From: Callorhinchus milii
Lineage: Eukaryota
DNA: 64,000 nt
Reading direction: 5' to 3'
Assembly (NCBI RefSeq): GCF_018977255.1
Contig: NW_024704742.1
Coordinates: 133,302,001-133,366,000 of the forward strand
Shown in pieces: positions 37,191 to 51,384 of this stretch. Positions within the stretch are counted from its first letter, which is position 1. Every line of letters starts with the position of its first letter. The translations under genes and the position numbers were made by a program. The notes under the pieces are model-generated. The model had not been told where the DNA came from. It saw nothing but the letters and a program-made list of their open reading frames with translations, and made no database searches.

Positions 37191-39727
37191 TGCGTCATAT
37201 GTATATCAAATGCAACGATTATCCACACACAAAGCACAGTCACTACACTTTTGCCTTACACCCTTGGAGCACTTTGGAGCATCCTCCTGACACGAAAGGT
37301 GCTATACCGAAAGCAAGAATTAATACTACTCTATTATTGGAGACAAAATGGTCTCACAGGTGAAAACCAGGTGGGATTTCAGATCTCTGATGTGGCATAA
37401 TCAAAAAGTCAACATAAAGAGTTATATCTACGGGAGCTGGTGAGGAGTGCTGTCATACATTGCCCTTAGGGTAAAGTGATCATGAAGCACATCTGGCTTC
37501 AAAGAACCAGACAGGGATAAAGTTACTCTCAATGCTGAGTAGCAAGTGTTTAGGTGTCAACTCGCAAAGATAAATGTGGTGTCTGTAACATTTCTCAACC
37601 TCCTCCAGCTAAGACATGCTACCGCTCATAAAATGCTCAGCAAGCAGACTTATGCTATCTGTCACTGTAATTCTCAGCAAGGTGTTTATTTCGTTATTAT
37701 ATTTATACGCTCGTGGCTCTAACCTGGCTCTACTTTGACATTTATATACCAATTCGCTCCAACAGCAGCCGAGCCTTCAGCCAATATCCCCACCCCAGCG
37801 CCTGCCTCCCCCACACCACTATTCCTTTCTCTGGAACTCTCTCAAAATCTATTTGCCCGTTCTCCTCGCTTCCAAAAATCTTGTTAAAAAGTATTTCAAG
37901 GTCTATGCTGCATGAACTGCAATGTGGATGTGCTTCATTGTCTGTAGTAGAGGCCTTCAGAGGAGATGTTAGACAAGGTCTCATCTGCCTGTTCAGATCC
38001 CATGAAACTATTCAAAAAGAGAAGGGAGTTACTCTTTCTCGATGTCCTGGCCAACAAACCCACAAATAAAATTGGTCACTCACTTTATGGCCATTTGAAG
38101 GACATTGCTGGGTGCAAATTGGTTGCTGCATTTGCTTATCAAATTCACAATCACTGCATTTTACTGTAAAATCCTGTGAAGCATTTTGAAACATGATAAG
38201 GCAATATATCAAATGCAAGGATTATTATTATATTATTTTCGTCAAGGTCTAGCATTATTTAGCCAGCGTGAAACTTTTGAAACAAAGCAATGTCTTGAGA
38301 AAGATAAGATAAATCACAAAATGCTTGGCGTGGGGATGAGGGGGAGTCAGGAACCAATCCATCACCTTCAAGACTTTCTTTCAATCATTGCCTTTGAACC
38401 CAGTGACACTTTCCATTGTAAGGTCTTTCAGGAAACTTTCGTTTTCCTAGTCTGTGGTTCTTTGTGCTCTGGGTGCGGTATCTAACTGTGCTCATTGTTC
38501 CGTCCTGTAAATAAACTTATCTTGGATTAATTCAAACAAGGTCGTGTCAACCAGCGATAACTCAAGCCTTCCAAAGAGGACTGGGAACAGAGCCGGGCTC
38601 CATATTGCGTGCCGCGGCTGTGAAGGGTTGATTGCTGTCTCTCAAAGGCACAGTAAGAAAGCAGTGTACTAGAAATACAGCCAGATGCCCTGCTTGTATT
38701 TAGGTGTCAGCCTGGCTCAGTTGGTAGCACTCTTATCTCAGAGTCAGAAGGTTGTGGGTTCAAACCCCACATCGGAACTTGGAATCCCAACCTCATGTGG
38801 ACTCCATCCCACAACACAAAAAGAGAAGGGAGTTTCTCCTGCTGTCCTGGACAACAATAGCGCCCAGATAGCCCCCGGTCATTCAGTTCACGCCTTCTTG
38901 TGTTGACTTTGCTGTGTGCAAATTGGCTGTGGCAATCACAGACAAAATAGTCACGACAAACTACAATCACTAAAATTCTGTGAAGCAATTTAAGACATCC
39001 TGAAAAGCATGATATCAAATGCTTGCTCGTAACTTTTCTGTTAGAAAACAATGTCTTTCCTGTCAGGTAGCAAATGGGAAGCAGCATTGGGTCAATACTT
39101 GTCCTTGTATGTGTGCATACATGCATGAGAAAGATATAGAGAAAGAGAACAGCCTGGCGCAGTCGTATCACTCTCGCCTCCGAGTCAGAAGATCGTGGGT
39201 TCAAGCCCCACATTGGGGCTTGGAATCATATAATCTAAGATGATGCTCCAATACAGTACTGGGGGATGTGTTGCATTATCAAAGGTGACATCACTTTGAG
39301 ATGTCTCATCAATTTGATCGGGCGTTATGTTAAACGCAAGGATTATTATTTTAAAGAGTAAGTCACACACTCACACAAAAGTTGTGGGTTCAAATCCCAT
39401 GTTGGGATTTTGGGCTCTGAGCTCACTGTCTAGGTTGACATTCTAGCATAACAGTAGCCAACCCATGGCCCACGGAGCCATCAAAAAGTGGCCCAACAAG
39501 CATTCACACTAGTCTAGTTCAGTCAATAGTGTCTTTCCATTTTTTTCTTGATTGAACATTTCTTGGCTTGTGGCATCATTGTAAGGTAGGAGCATAGTAA
39601 AGATGGTTGTTCTTAACTTCATTTTCTGGGCAGAAAGTAACGTCAAGGCAGGCATCTTGACCACGTGCCTCCTTACAACATGGTCCCTTGATGTCTCTTC
39701 ATATCTGTGGATGTGCACCACACAAGG

Positions 39728-39965
39728 TAGGGCGAAACCTTGGGCAAGTTTCCTTACTCCACACGCCTAATAATCCCTCCAAAACGATAATAAATTGGTC
39801 ATTTTCAATCCACGACTGTTTGTGGGACACTGCTGTGCGTAATTGGTTGCCGTGTTTCGCCCACAAATATACAGTCAATTCACTTTACAGTATATTATGT
39901 GAAGCACTTTGAGACATCTAGAAGACGTGAACAGTGCTATATCAAATGCAAGGATTATTAAATAT
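39728..39965 (+). mobile_element. Young Deu-SINE, short form, truncated
   Basis: gggcgaaaccttgggcaag...cacgcctaataatccctcc, Deu core, tail. Confidence 0.85.
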
Positions 39966-41424
39966 TATTATCAATCAAGAAATATTGTTAGAGGTGCCTT
40001 CCTCCAGGTGAGATGTTAAAGCAGAGTCCCGCCTGCCTGTTGAGGTGAACATTAACAATCCCGTGGGACTATTGGAGAAAAGAATGGAGTTTCTAACCAT
40101 GTCCTGGCCAACAATTATAAATTGGTCATAAACTTCATGGTTGTTTGTGGGATATTGGTTTGTGCAAATTGGCTACCACGTTCACCTACAAAATACACAG
40201 TTACTGTACTTTATAGTAAATCCTATGAAGAGTTTTGAGATGTCCTCTCGACATTGTATCAAATAGAAGGATTTAATAAGTTTCTCCTGCTGACCTGGTG
40301 AAGGATCCGCCAGATGAAATTGATTGTTCACCAATGTGGAACATTCTTATGAGTAAAAATAGCACACAAAATAGTCTCAAAATTGCAAGACTGTAATTAC
40401 ATTAAGTACTTGGAAACTTTTCTACATAATAAGGCACCGCACAAATGCATATTTTCTTCACATGCATAAAATTATATATAATCTGAGTAATGTAAAGAGT
40501 TTTTTTTAAGATATACCCTCCCTATTTTTACAATACTGTGTTTAGATTCAGTGGTATTCTCTCACATTGCAGAGATCCCAATCTTGTGTCTCTGCACTCG
40601 GCTGGGACCTGGTCTGCTGGTGTGAGTTACATCGGCTGCCAATAAGTGCAAGTTACGAGGAGCAGTGTGGGTGAAACACGACACCGATGAGGAGATATCC
40701 AAGGTGGGAAGCTTCACGACTTGCCAGGCATGCAGCCCCACTTACTGGAAAGAGAATCCACGTTGTGCGCTAAGTTAGTGGGAGCCCATTTCTCAATACC
40801 AGCTTCAGGCTGGAATCAGGAAATGTGAACAGGACACATAGAGAAAGTGTGGCCAACAACGTCAACGTCAACATATACATAGCAGCCTTCTCATCCAGGA
40901 TAGCATGTCGGATCACTTAACAATGCCATAGTTTGACACCAAGCCGGAGAGAAAGGAGGTGACCATGGGCACGGCCAAAGAGGAAAGTATTCATGTGCGA
41001 CCTAAAGATGGGAAACAGAGTTGGCAAGGGGGTGGGGCTGAAGTAGGGAGTACCAGAGGTTCCCTTGGCAAACACTATCCTCCTTAGAGTGGGAAGTGGA
41101 ACAGGGGCAGGGGGAGAAAGGGGTAGTGGGTCTCTTTGGAGATGACCTGGCTATAAGGTGACATGCCTGGCAATGCAAAATTGGAATTGAATGGGCCCAG
41201 TCAGTAAGTACTACTCTCACCTCTCAAACAAGTTGTGGGTTCAAGCACTGCATTGTTGGAGTGCCAGCCTTTGGATGAGATGTGAAACCGAGGACCATCA
41301 CAGTCGCTTAAATTTTAAATTTAAATACACTTAAAAATTATTGAAAAGTGCTTTGAGACATCCAGTTCTGGTTACTGGACCAAAAGGGGAGGCAGTGCCA
41401 GGGAAAGCAAAGAGGATGATCCCA

Positions 41425-41810
41425 GTGGACAAACTAAGGCTTTTCAGTCTTGAGAGAAGTCAACTCAGAGGGGACCTGTGATATATAATATTTTTATATA
41501 TATAACAGGCATGTAATATTTTAGATGGGATTAAAAAAAATAAACCCAGAATAATTCTTTAGGGTGCACCAAGTAAGTTGAAAAAGAGGACACAGGTTTA
41601 GAGTTGTACAAGGCAATTTCAGGACAGAAACCAGGATGTTTTTCTTTACGCAGATGGTAATTAACAATTGGAACAAGTTTCCAAGAAGGGTGATTAAGGC
41701 CAGGACACTGGGACTCATTTAAAAAGCAGCTTGATGCTGTGATGGGGATTTCCTGGAAGGATTTAATCAGATGGACCAAAGGGATTTCTTCATTCAAACC
41801 AAACTTGTGA
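41425..41810 (+). mobile_element. Degenerate CR1 3' fragment
   Basis: ctaaggcttttcagtcttgagagaagtcaactcagaggggacctg (LFSLER..LRGDL), tttctttacgcagatggtaattaacaattggaac, tttaaaaagcagcttgat. Confidence 0.72.
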
Positions 41811-43869
41811 TCTCATGAACAATTGGGGATACAGGTTGCTCTGAAAACAGTACTGTGATTTGTGCACTTGTCTCCTTTCCAGTCAGCTGCAAAGGAATTT
41901 TGACCCAAGGCGCATCAAAGCCCTATTAGGGGCACAATTACACTGCAGTTTGATCAAATGATCTAGGAAAAAAGCAACTTCAATTTCCACAGTCTGGTTG
42001 AAGGTTTAATGGGAAACAGCCTTGGGGCAAACAAGATCTTCCTTCAAGTCAATCAGACTCCACTCATCCAGTGCTGTGCAGTGTACATGAACTGAAACCA
42101 GTGCATAAGCAAACATCCCCTTCAACTGAGTGCCTGCACTATATAAACAAGATCTCTCAAAGTGTAGAAGCGAAACGTGGAATACACTCCCGTTTGGGTG
42201 CTTTTTGATATGTATAATAATCCTTGCATTTGATATAGCATCTCATTACTATTGTCATAAGGCATCACAAAGCTTTTCACAAGATTTACTGTAAAGTGGA
42301 GTGACTGTATTTTACAGGCAGCCAATTTGCATTCAGCAATGTGCCGCAAATAACTAGGAAGTGAATGACTAATTTTGTCTGGAGAATTGTTGGCTCGGAC
42401 ACCAAGAGAAACACCCTGGTCCTTTCAGATCCTTAATGTCTATCTGAATAGACAGACAGGACGTCGGTTGAACATCTCAGCCAAAGTCTAGCAACGCTGA
42501 CAGTGCCAGAACCCACAAAATTGTCACTCAAGAAAAGAAAATAAGATCCAGTTCAAAAGGTTAATCAGAAAAGGGTACAGTATTGGCTTTATGGGCTGAA
42601 TTTAGAAGGGAAACTTGTAAGAAATGTTGAATTTCAACTTTGATTTTTTTTAACCTCAAACTAATTCACCTCACACCTCTAGCTAGAGTGCCAATTCAGG
42701 ACAGTCAAGCGCCTTAGGATATCCTCCCGATGTGAAAGGCACTGGATAAATGTATATTTGTATTGTGTTATAGTTCATGTGAGTCATTTGACAGAATGGA
42801 AGATGATTTCTGTGTCGGACGCACGTTTCACCAATCTCGGTAACCAGGTGAATAATGGAAATGGGAAACAGATGCTTCCTGGTTGGCAGCCAGGCATCAG
42901 TACCATCTTTTAGTCGCCAATCTCCACCCTGTAAGTCAATGTTTTACAGATATCGGAAGAGAGAACTTTGCACAGAGCAATTCATGTCCAAACATCTCTA
43001 AGTGCTTCAGAGTACAGGTGAAACCCGGTATAGTGACCTACAATACGGCTCTGGAACTCTCTCCCCCAATCCCCCTGCCTTGTCCCTTCCTCTCCCCGCT
43101 TTCAAATCCTGTAATGCACAGTCACTCCACTCTACAATAAAAGCCTGTAAAACTTTTTGAGACTCAAATGCAAGGTCTATTATTATAATTGTATTTGAAT
43201 GCTTTGTAAATGATTATCTTTTACAATGTAACATACTGATCTGTTAAGACGATAGTTGGACCCTTCTGTACAAACCCATGTAACAAATTGACACCGCATT
43301 CTGTTAAATATCAGTCATTCCGCCAACATACTTCATCATAATACACACAATGATTACCCTGCAAGAAATGTATTGCAAACAGTGCAGTGTCTATACAGAT
43401 AATTGTGAATTTGAGTGCAATTGTGTGAAATAATTACCTTGCATTTGGTATAGCACCTTATCACGTCGGGAAGACATCTCAAGGCGCATCCAAGGATTTA
43501 CTCTTAAAGCAGAGTGACACAGTATTTTGTAAATGAACACGGCAACCAATATGACACACAGCAATATCCCAGAAACAACCCTGAAGTGAATGGCCAATTT
43601 TAAATAACAATGTTGGCAGAGGAACTAGGATTTCATTGCTTTTTCCGTCCTTTCAATAGTCTCCACCCCTCCCTCCCCACCCCCGTCCCTCAGCCCCCTA
43701 TTGAAATCAACGTTGCTACTGTTGGCTACAGTCCAGCGTCGAGATAAATGGGATCTATCATTCACTTTCTGTCTGATAGCACTACAGAGGTGAGACTGAC
43801 TCTGGAGCTCAGTTGGTTGCACTCTTGCCTCTCAGGGTTGCAAAGGCCAATTTCAGGGCAGACACCAAA

Positions 43870-44170
43870 GAATAACAGAAATTACAGCATGGAAGGAGGT
43901 CATTCGGCCCATCGAGTCTGCACTGATTCTCACAGCAAGGTGTTTGTTCAATCTCACTCCCTGCCTTATCCCATCACCCTTTCAAACCTCATCTACCTAT
44001 CAACTTCCCACTTGAAACACAATGGATTTTGTCTCTACCACCTTACTTGACTAGGCATTCCACATCCCAATAACTCTGAGTGAAAAAAAATCACCTAAGC
44101 TCTCCTTTCGCTCTACTTGTGACTTTCTTATTTACGGCCCCTAGTCACTGACTCCCCTACGAGTGGAAAC
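43870..44170 (-). mobile_element. CR1 3' fragment
   Basis: acagcatggaaggaggtcattcggcccatcgag (CR1 3'UTR, reverse strand); aactctgagtgaaaaaa (FFTQ). Confidence 0.65.
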
Positions 44171-45459
44171 GGTACATTTCTTCACAAGAGAATAAATACC
44201 GAATTGACCAGGGTACTAAGGACATTCAAGAAACAGCTCGATGCTGTAATGGAAGGAGGGGAGCTAACCTGGAAGACTGAGATCAATTGAGTCGAAGGAA
44301 TTCCTCTCATCTGAACATCTCCCATGATTATTTCACAATAATGCTCCTTGCATTTGATGTTCTGCCTATAACGTCCAACTCGTCCAACTTATCCTACATT
44401 ATAACTTATCTAGCATAATGGATTGTGAACACACTTATCACCACCTCCCTCCCCATATCTCCCTCCCCTTGTCGTTATTCCTTGCTCAGGTCTAACCATG
44501 CATAGCATCTTGTTAACGTGCAGCAAAGCTCTGCACTGTCATCCTGTGGCACTCTCAAGACTGTAAGCATTGCGGTTTTACACTGCCCCCTGATGTCTTT
44601 GTCAGTGTAGAGTCTTCATGAACTTTATCTGCATATTTAACCTCAAACTATCAAGGAGCATACGACTGTACGTATCAAGCAGAACAAGAATCAGCTGTAC
44701 TTTGAGGCAATAGCCTATCACCTGCCAAACACAAACACGTAACACATGGATAATTCTGGTGCTTTATGAAGGGTTTACAATAGGCACAGACATCCCACTA
44801 GTTAGTGCAGTGAAGCAGCCCCTCCACCCCTCCCACTCTTTCTGCCCTACTCCTCCATTATAACTTGTCTCTTTATAGTACACAGTTGGCTATTACATGA
44901 AAAGGTGTCACCTCCAACAATGCTGTGCTCCCCCCAGCTTTGCACTGGAGTGCCAGCTCAGACATGTGGGCTTGAAGCCACAACCTTCTGAATCAAAGGT
45001 GAGAGTGCTATGCTACTAACCGAGCCAAGCTGACGCCTGGCATTCTCACATTTGATGATAATAGAATAACAAGCGCTGGAATCCTGCTCTTTCACCCTGT
45101 AGCTGGTGGAGACCCAAATTCAAGTTAAGCTCAGCGACAGCTAAAGGTCAGTTTTCCCTGGAAGGTGTTAACCGCTGTTGCCATCATCAATCTTCAACTA
45201 AAATAACACAACCAGCACACAGTACAACACATCACAGCTGAAAGCACTGTACAAAACCCAAACAGGAAAAATCTTGGGTCGACTCCATGCATGCAGAACC
45301 TTATTAATCATCTACATGCCTTGCTTGCCACTTAAGAGGTCGGTAACCATGAATCTAATCCAAATAAGCACCTCTATTTTCTTTAGGGAAAAGAATCACG
45401 CACATGTGTTAGAAATCAAATGTTAAGATTGCTGTGTGTTTTCAAAAATCTGTACAGTT

Positions 45460-45675
45460 GGGGCAGGAGTTGGGGGGAAGAGGAGGGGGGAGGGGGGAGA
45501 GGGGTGGGGAGTCGAAGGGGGAGGAGGTGCAGAGAGGAATGTGGGGAGAGGGGGAGGAGGACAAGAGGAGGGAGAGGAAGGGAGAGGAGGGGGGACAGGA
45601 GGGAAGGAGAGAGGGTGCGGGGGAGAGGAGTGTGTGTTGGGAGGGGGGGGTGGAGGAGTAGAAGAGGGAGGAGAT
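45460..45675 (+). repeat. G/A-rich polypurine low-complexity tract
   Basis: About 215 bp, almost only G and A, with many G3+ runs. Confidence 0.85.
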
Positions 45676-45749
45676 CAGCTGGGTGTCTGAGGATGTGGAA
45701 ATCTATCACCATGCTTAAGAGTGTCCAAACCAAATAGAGCTCCATGCAA

Positions 45750-46135
45750 CTCACCTATATATGGAAATTCCAGAATGTCACTCTCCCTGCTTACTTCATT
45801 CTGGAAAGTATTATTATTAGTAGTAGTAGTTGCAGGTTGGCAAGAGCCAAGGCTTTTGGACCCCAGAGAGTGGATTGGGGTACTACTGGAGTCCAACCAG
45901 CTAAAACAGCATAGCTTGCCATTATTAGCACATTGTCTGGCAAGCTTTCCTGCTGTTTGTCCAGCTAGGAGCACCATCCGTTACGGCTTTGGCTTGTAGG
46001 GTTAACATCAGCAGCGTCATCAGTGCCCTGCAGTACAGTAGACCCAACTGTTCAGGAACCGGATTACCAAGACTGCCACAGAGGGTTGGCTCCACAATGG
46101 CATTCTGTTGCCAAACAAGTCACATTGGAACCAGT
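45750..46135 (-). repeat. Unclassified interspersed repeat. Other copies near 640-720, 1070-1500, 3970-4095, 16330-17100, 49100-49430, 53400-53560, 56150-56280.
   Basis: Shared motifs tgttaaccc.(g/a)caag, gaaagcttgccagaca, cccaag.cttggctcttgccaa, gtgcctaata, gagtgc.cattccattcca. Confidence 0.75.
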
Positions 46136-46896
46136 TCAGCAACAAAAAGCTCCTACTTGCCTCCCCACCAAGAAGGATAGTCAGTAATCGATCAGTTGAC
46201 AAGGGAAAGAATTCAACATTTCCAACACATTTAACTTGATAATGCAATTTTTTGTTTGGACGGTGTTCTTCAGGACCAGACCCACTGAGAAGAGGCAAAG
46301 GGCTATCATTTTTCTGCTGCTTTTTAATGACCATTAATGACCAATCAGGCTATTAGGCCTACGCAGGGGATTTTCTCCTGGTGAACCACCCCAAATACAC
46401 TCTAATCCCATTCTGAAACTCAACCTCCCTCCCCTCGTGCCATATTGGCTCACAAATAAACAGTCAATTCATTTTACAGTATATTCTGTGAAGCACCTTG
46501 AGACGTCTAAACAGCGTGATAGGGCGCTATCAAATGCAAGGATTATTATTATATTTTTCCTCTTCAAACATTTATCAAACTTCTCTTTTTGAAGAGCGCA
46601 TGCATGCACTCTGCTTCAACAATGCTATGAGAATTCTAGATTTCCATCCAAAAATATAAAATATTTTTTTCCACACGGGTTTTGGAACCAAAGTATTGGA
46701 ATGACAAAGACCAAGGATGTATCATTGCATTTGATGTAGCACCTTTTAACTTTGCTTCACAGAATACACTGTAAAGTGTCGTGACTGTGTATTTTGTGAA
46801 TTTCTATGTAGGCCAGAAATTGAGTTTATCTGGCTTACCTCAGCAGAACTTAAATTTGCATATGAAACAAAATGTTACCAACTGGTTAGTTGGGCA

Positions 46897-47320
46897 GGTG
46901 TCACTCTGACACAGTCAGTAGAGCATTCACTTCTGAATCAGAACATTGTGGGATCAAGATCCACGTTAGCCCTTTGAACTTACGGTCTAGATTAACACTG
47001 CGATGCAGAGCTGAGGGGAAGTGCTGCATTATCAGAAGTGGTTTTCCTTCGCATGATATATTAAACCAAGAGCCTACTTGTCCGTTCAGGTGGATGTCGA
47101 AGATCCCATGGTACTATTTGAAAAGAAAAAGGGAGCTACTGGCAGATAAAATTGCCAAGATTCCCCCCGATAAATTGGTCATTCATTTCATGGGTGGTTG
47201 TGGGGCATTGCTGTGCACAAATTGGCTGCTGTGTTCACCGACAAAATACAGGCTCTAAAGTAAATCCTGTGAAGCGCGATATCCTCCCAATCCTCCTATC
47301 ATAAGCAGGGATTATTATTA
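46897..47320 (+). mobile_element. Older Deu-SINE, near full length
   Basis: Head, ccgttcaggtggatgtcgaagatcccatgg core, Deu core, tta tail. Confidence 0.78.
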
Positions 47321-47674
47321 TAATTATAAAGGAGCAGCAAATTACATGGAATTTACTCTGGGTTCCAGTTCCTTTAAGTACTGCATTTCAGAAGCACCTC
47401 ACGTCTGGAGAGCTTCTCCGCACACAAAAGAGTTTAAGAACAAAAGTGCTTTTGTGTGTTTACCTAGAAGGGTCTTGTCCATGACTGGAACACACAAGCT
47501 GCTGTCAGACTGCGGTGTGGTTCCAATCACCCCCTCAGGCTGCAGAGTGACGACTCAAATGGTACATCACAAATCAACAAGCTTCACAACCGCTCCGTAA
47601 TTACAGGGAAATTACAGGCTCATGTTTTGATAACAGCTTTGGAGTTGTTCCAGCCCCGACCGTTTATCACAGTA

Positions 47675-48062
47675 ATGATAACCCTTGCATTTGATAAGGG
47701 TTTTGTCACGGCAAAACTTCTCAAAGGACTTCAGGGTAATTAAGGTTAAATGTATTGACTGGGTGTTTTGTAGGCGAGCATGTGCACAGTAATGTCCCCG
47801 CAAACAGCCAGGAGGTGGATTGATGAATTTAAAGGGAGGATTGTTGGTCAGGACACCAGGTTAAACTTACTTATCTTTTTCAACAGTGTTGTGGGTTCTT
47901 TAGCACCTGCCTGAGCAGGCAGGTGAGACCTCAGTTTAACTTTCATCCGAAGGACAATACACGAGAGTGTCAGCTTAGATGGTGAGTTTAAAAGTTCTGA
48001 TGTGGGGCTTGAACCCATAACCTCCTGAGGCGAGGGTGTTACCAACTGAGCCAGGCTGACAC
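47675..48062 (-). mobile_element. Older Deu-SINE, near full length
   Basis: Reverse complement gtgtcagcctggctcagttggtaac...gggttcaagcccc head, core and tail. Confidence 0.78.
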
Positions 48063-51000
48063 TTTAATTGATCTGCAGCTTCTGGACTCGGAGCTTACTA
48101 GCACAGCGCCTACCAGGTTGGCTGGTCTCAGCACTAAGATCAATTAGCTCCTACCAATCCAGGGCTAAGGAAGGTAAAATATAGCCAGGGTTCCTGCTCC
48201 TGGTCCCTCTACAGCACCCTCAGCTGGTTGTGCACATGTTTGGAGCGGAGAAGATGTCAGGAGCGGCTGTGACAACCTCTACAGTCGAAAAGCCAGAATG
48301 GGGAACTACAATTGGAACTAAACTGACATTGTGAGACACATTGCTAAAATGACAACAACAAATTGGATTTATAAAGTGTCTTTCACAGTGGGAGGACGTC
48401 CACTTAGCATAGAAGAGTGATCAAGCCTTGGACAGGTTATATAACACTATGATAACGTCAAATAACGCCTGTAACGTCAAAACGACTCAAAACGCTTTGT
48501 GGAAAAGTGCTTTGAAGTCAGGACACGTGAAGGAAAATACATGTTTAAATTCATGTGTTTCAGAGGTGCTGTCCTCAAAGGGGTTAAACTGGTGCAGAAG
48601 TTTTACAAAGCACCTGCACGGATCTACAGCTGAACCAGGTGATGAGAACAGGTGTTACTGGTCTTATAGGTACACCCAAAACAAGTGACCTTGTGGTTGA
48701 AGGGATCTTATGAATAAGCTTTCCGTCTATAATGTTTTAACATCCGGTACCAAAAAAGCAACAAGACTGTTTAAAAAAAGCATGGTCACTTCTGCTGTGC
48801 CAGACAATCCTCATCACTTTACTTGCAGTTAACGCTGCAGAGAGAAAACAGACGCGACCTTAGGGACAACAACAACAAGATTACATTTGTCTCGTGCCTT
48901 TCACGTCGGGAGGACGTCCCAAGGCGCTGGTCGGAGTCCAGCATTTCAGACCTGAGTTGGGGTCGGGGGAAGAAAGGAGGGGAAGGGGGGTGGCCGATGG
49001 CAGGGTCGATGGACAATGTTTAATAATAATTCTCACCATCGATATAGAGTCTTACCACGTTGTCAAAGCATCTTAACGTCTTACAGTATTTATTCCGACT
49101 AGGTGGAAATTCTACAGATAGATTGTTGGAATGGAATACGCACTCTCTCCCTGGAGGGACGTTATCCTGCTTACCTAATTCCGAAAAGTATTAGGCACAG
49201 TTTGGTAAGAGTCAGGGCTTGGGGTCCTCAGAATGTGTCTAGCCAACTAAAACTGCATAATTTGCCATTGATATTGCTGTCTGGCAAGCTTTCCCGCTGC
49301 TTGGCCAGCAAGAAGCATCCTGCCCAATAGGGCTTTGGGCTTGTGGGGTTAACAGGAGCAGAGTGGGATGACTCCCTGACCCCAGTGACTGATTTGCTCT
49401 TCTAAGTCCTGCCGATGTGCCAGGCTGGCTGTTTCCCCAAAATTAAACCCACATTTAAAAAAAATTGAAGCAGCACGCAAACATTTCCGATTTAAAAGCT
49501 AGAGAATGCCAATGCATTGGTATACACAGGCACGTCCCTAATTTAGACTGAAATGGAGGAGTTCAAAGGTTTCACATTCTTAGAATAACCGAACTAAGGA
49601 ATGCCCGTTGATTAACAAATCATATTTCTTTCCTATTTAACTTTATTATACATTATAAACAGTGCAACAAAATGAACACACGCACACATTTATAAAAGTT
49701 ATCTCCGAATTTACATTGTGTAGTTAATTCACTAATAAATGACAAAGTTTATTCCCCACTCTCTTTCCCTCCCATCACTTACATCAAAAATAAAACATGG
49801 CATAGCTACATCTGCGAGATAGCCAAAGATTCTACAACGAGAGTTCAAAACCAACAGAGAAAATCATTCTCACAAATCATTCCCAGAGATTTATTATCCC
49901 TTCAAAAAATTCCCATGTTCTGAACGGAAACTGGCACCATAACTCGCATTTTTCTTAATACATTCAAGTCGGCAGAAGTTGAAACAGACCTTGCAGTTTG
50001 GTGAGTTTGGGGTATGTGGGACATCACAATGCACTTAATACAATCATATCCTTAGCGCAATTTCTCCTTTCCCAACAACCTGCCCATGCCCCCATCCCAA
50101 TTTCCTTTGTCCACTCATCAGGCCTCTGTTTCCCATTCATTCCCGTCTCCTTCTTATCTCTCCAATCTCTCCCATCTCTCTGCTTACCCCCTTTGCTCAG
50201 CTAACTCAGGCTTGCTTTATTCACCTCCCCTGCCTCCTTTGAGGCCTGTCTCAAGGCCCTCCTACCCCTGATCCCAACCACCAGCTCGGGCCCAAATCCC
50301 TGACTGTCCAGCGCATTGGGACTTCCTCCCGACATGAAAGACTCCATATAAATTTTGTTTGTTACTTTCATTGTTGTTGCTGCTCAGCTCCTACACTCTC
50401 TGCTTAAACTCCCACCCCTTCCCCATCTATCTTTAAATCGCACCTCAAATCCTACCTCTTTGAACGCAACTATGGATCTTTCTGTCGCCCCCCTCCCCCC
50501 GCACCTCTGAAATAAACTGTTCCCCCAACACTGTACTGAGGAGTGTAAGCCTTATCTTGGAAGTTCCAAAGTATGTGTATGTTTGGGAGAAGGGGAGGTG
50601 GGAGTTCAAGCTACAACCTTCTGACTCAGAAACAGTGTGCCAGGCTGACACAACGGAGCCAAGCTGACACACAAGCAGACATTATTAATCACCAACACCA
50701 CATTACGTTCAATGCCATTTCATTCCAGCAGTTCCCAAAAAATTCACACAAATCTTCCGAGTTTCTGGGAATGTGCAAAAATGGAATTGAACCTCATTGA
50801 GCTACATGTAATGACAGACTTCTTAACCTTTCATCGGCAAAGCAGCCAGCACATGACAAAAAGCACTGCAGCCTTCATCCTTCCCATTTTGTTAGCTGTA
50901 AATGTTACATCGAACTGTAATTGAGTCCAGAATGTTTCACCCAGAAATGAAAATTGTACTCATCAAATCTCTCGCACGCGCACTCACACACACTCGCGAA

Positions 51001-51384
51001 ATCTGCATCAAGCGTATCTGCCAAATCATATAAATGAGAATAAATCCCAACCCAAACTTGGCCACATGATCCAAACGCCTGCTGACATTGATTCCCTGCT
51101 CAGTGCTGTTCTTCATTTTTCTCGTGTTTTTACAGCGATCCCTGCTTGAAACCTTACTGCAGTGTAGCTCTCTTTCCCAACCCCTCCCCATTTAATGTGA
51201 TCCACATAAGCTTGTAGACACCATTCACTTCGGCTCAAAATGCCCGATTTCCAGGTCATCAGGTCGCCACCAATGTCACTTCCTATGAACATCAGTTTTG
51301 TTTCTGTGCATGTAGTAAAATTCGATCTTTTTTTTCCCCCCTCTCAAATAAGTGAAAATAACAGGCTTGTGTTTTTTGTAATAT

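Noticed and set aside
45416..45754. Gly/Arg/Pro-rich ORFs in several frames
   Set aside because: Artefact of the G/A low-complexity tract.
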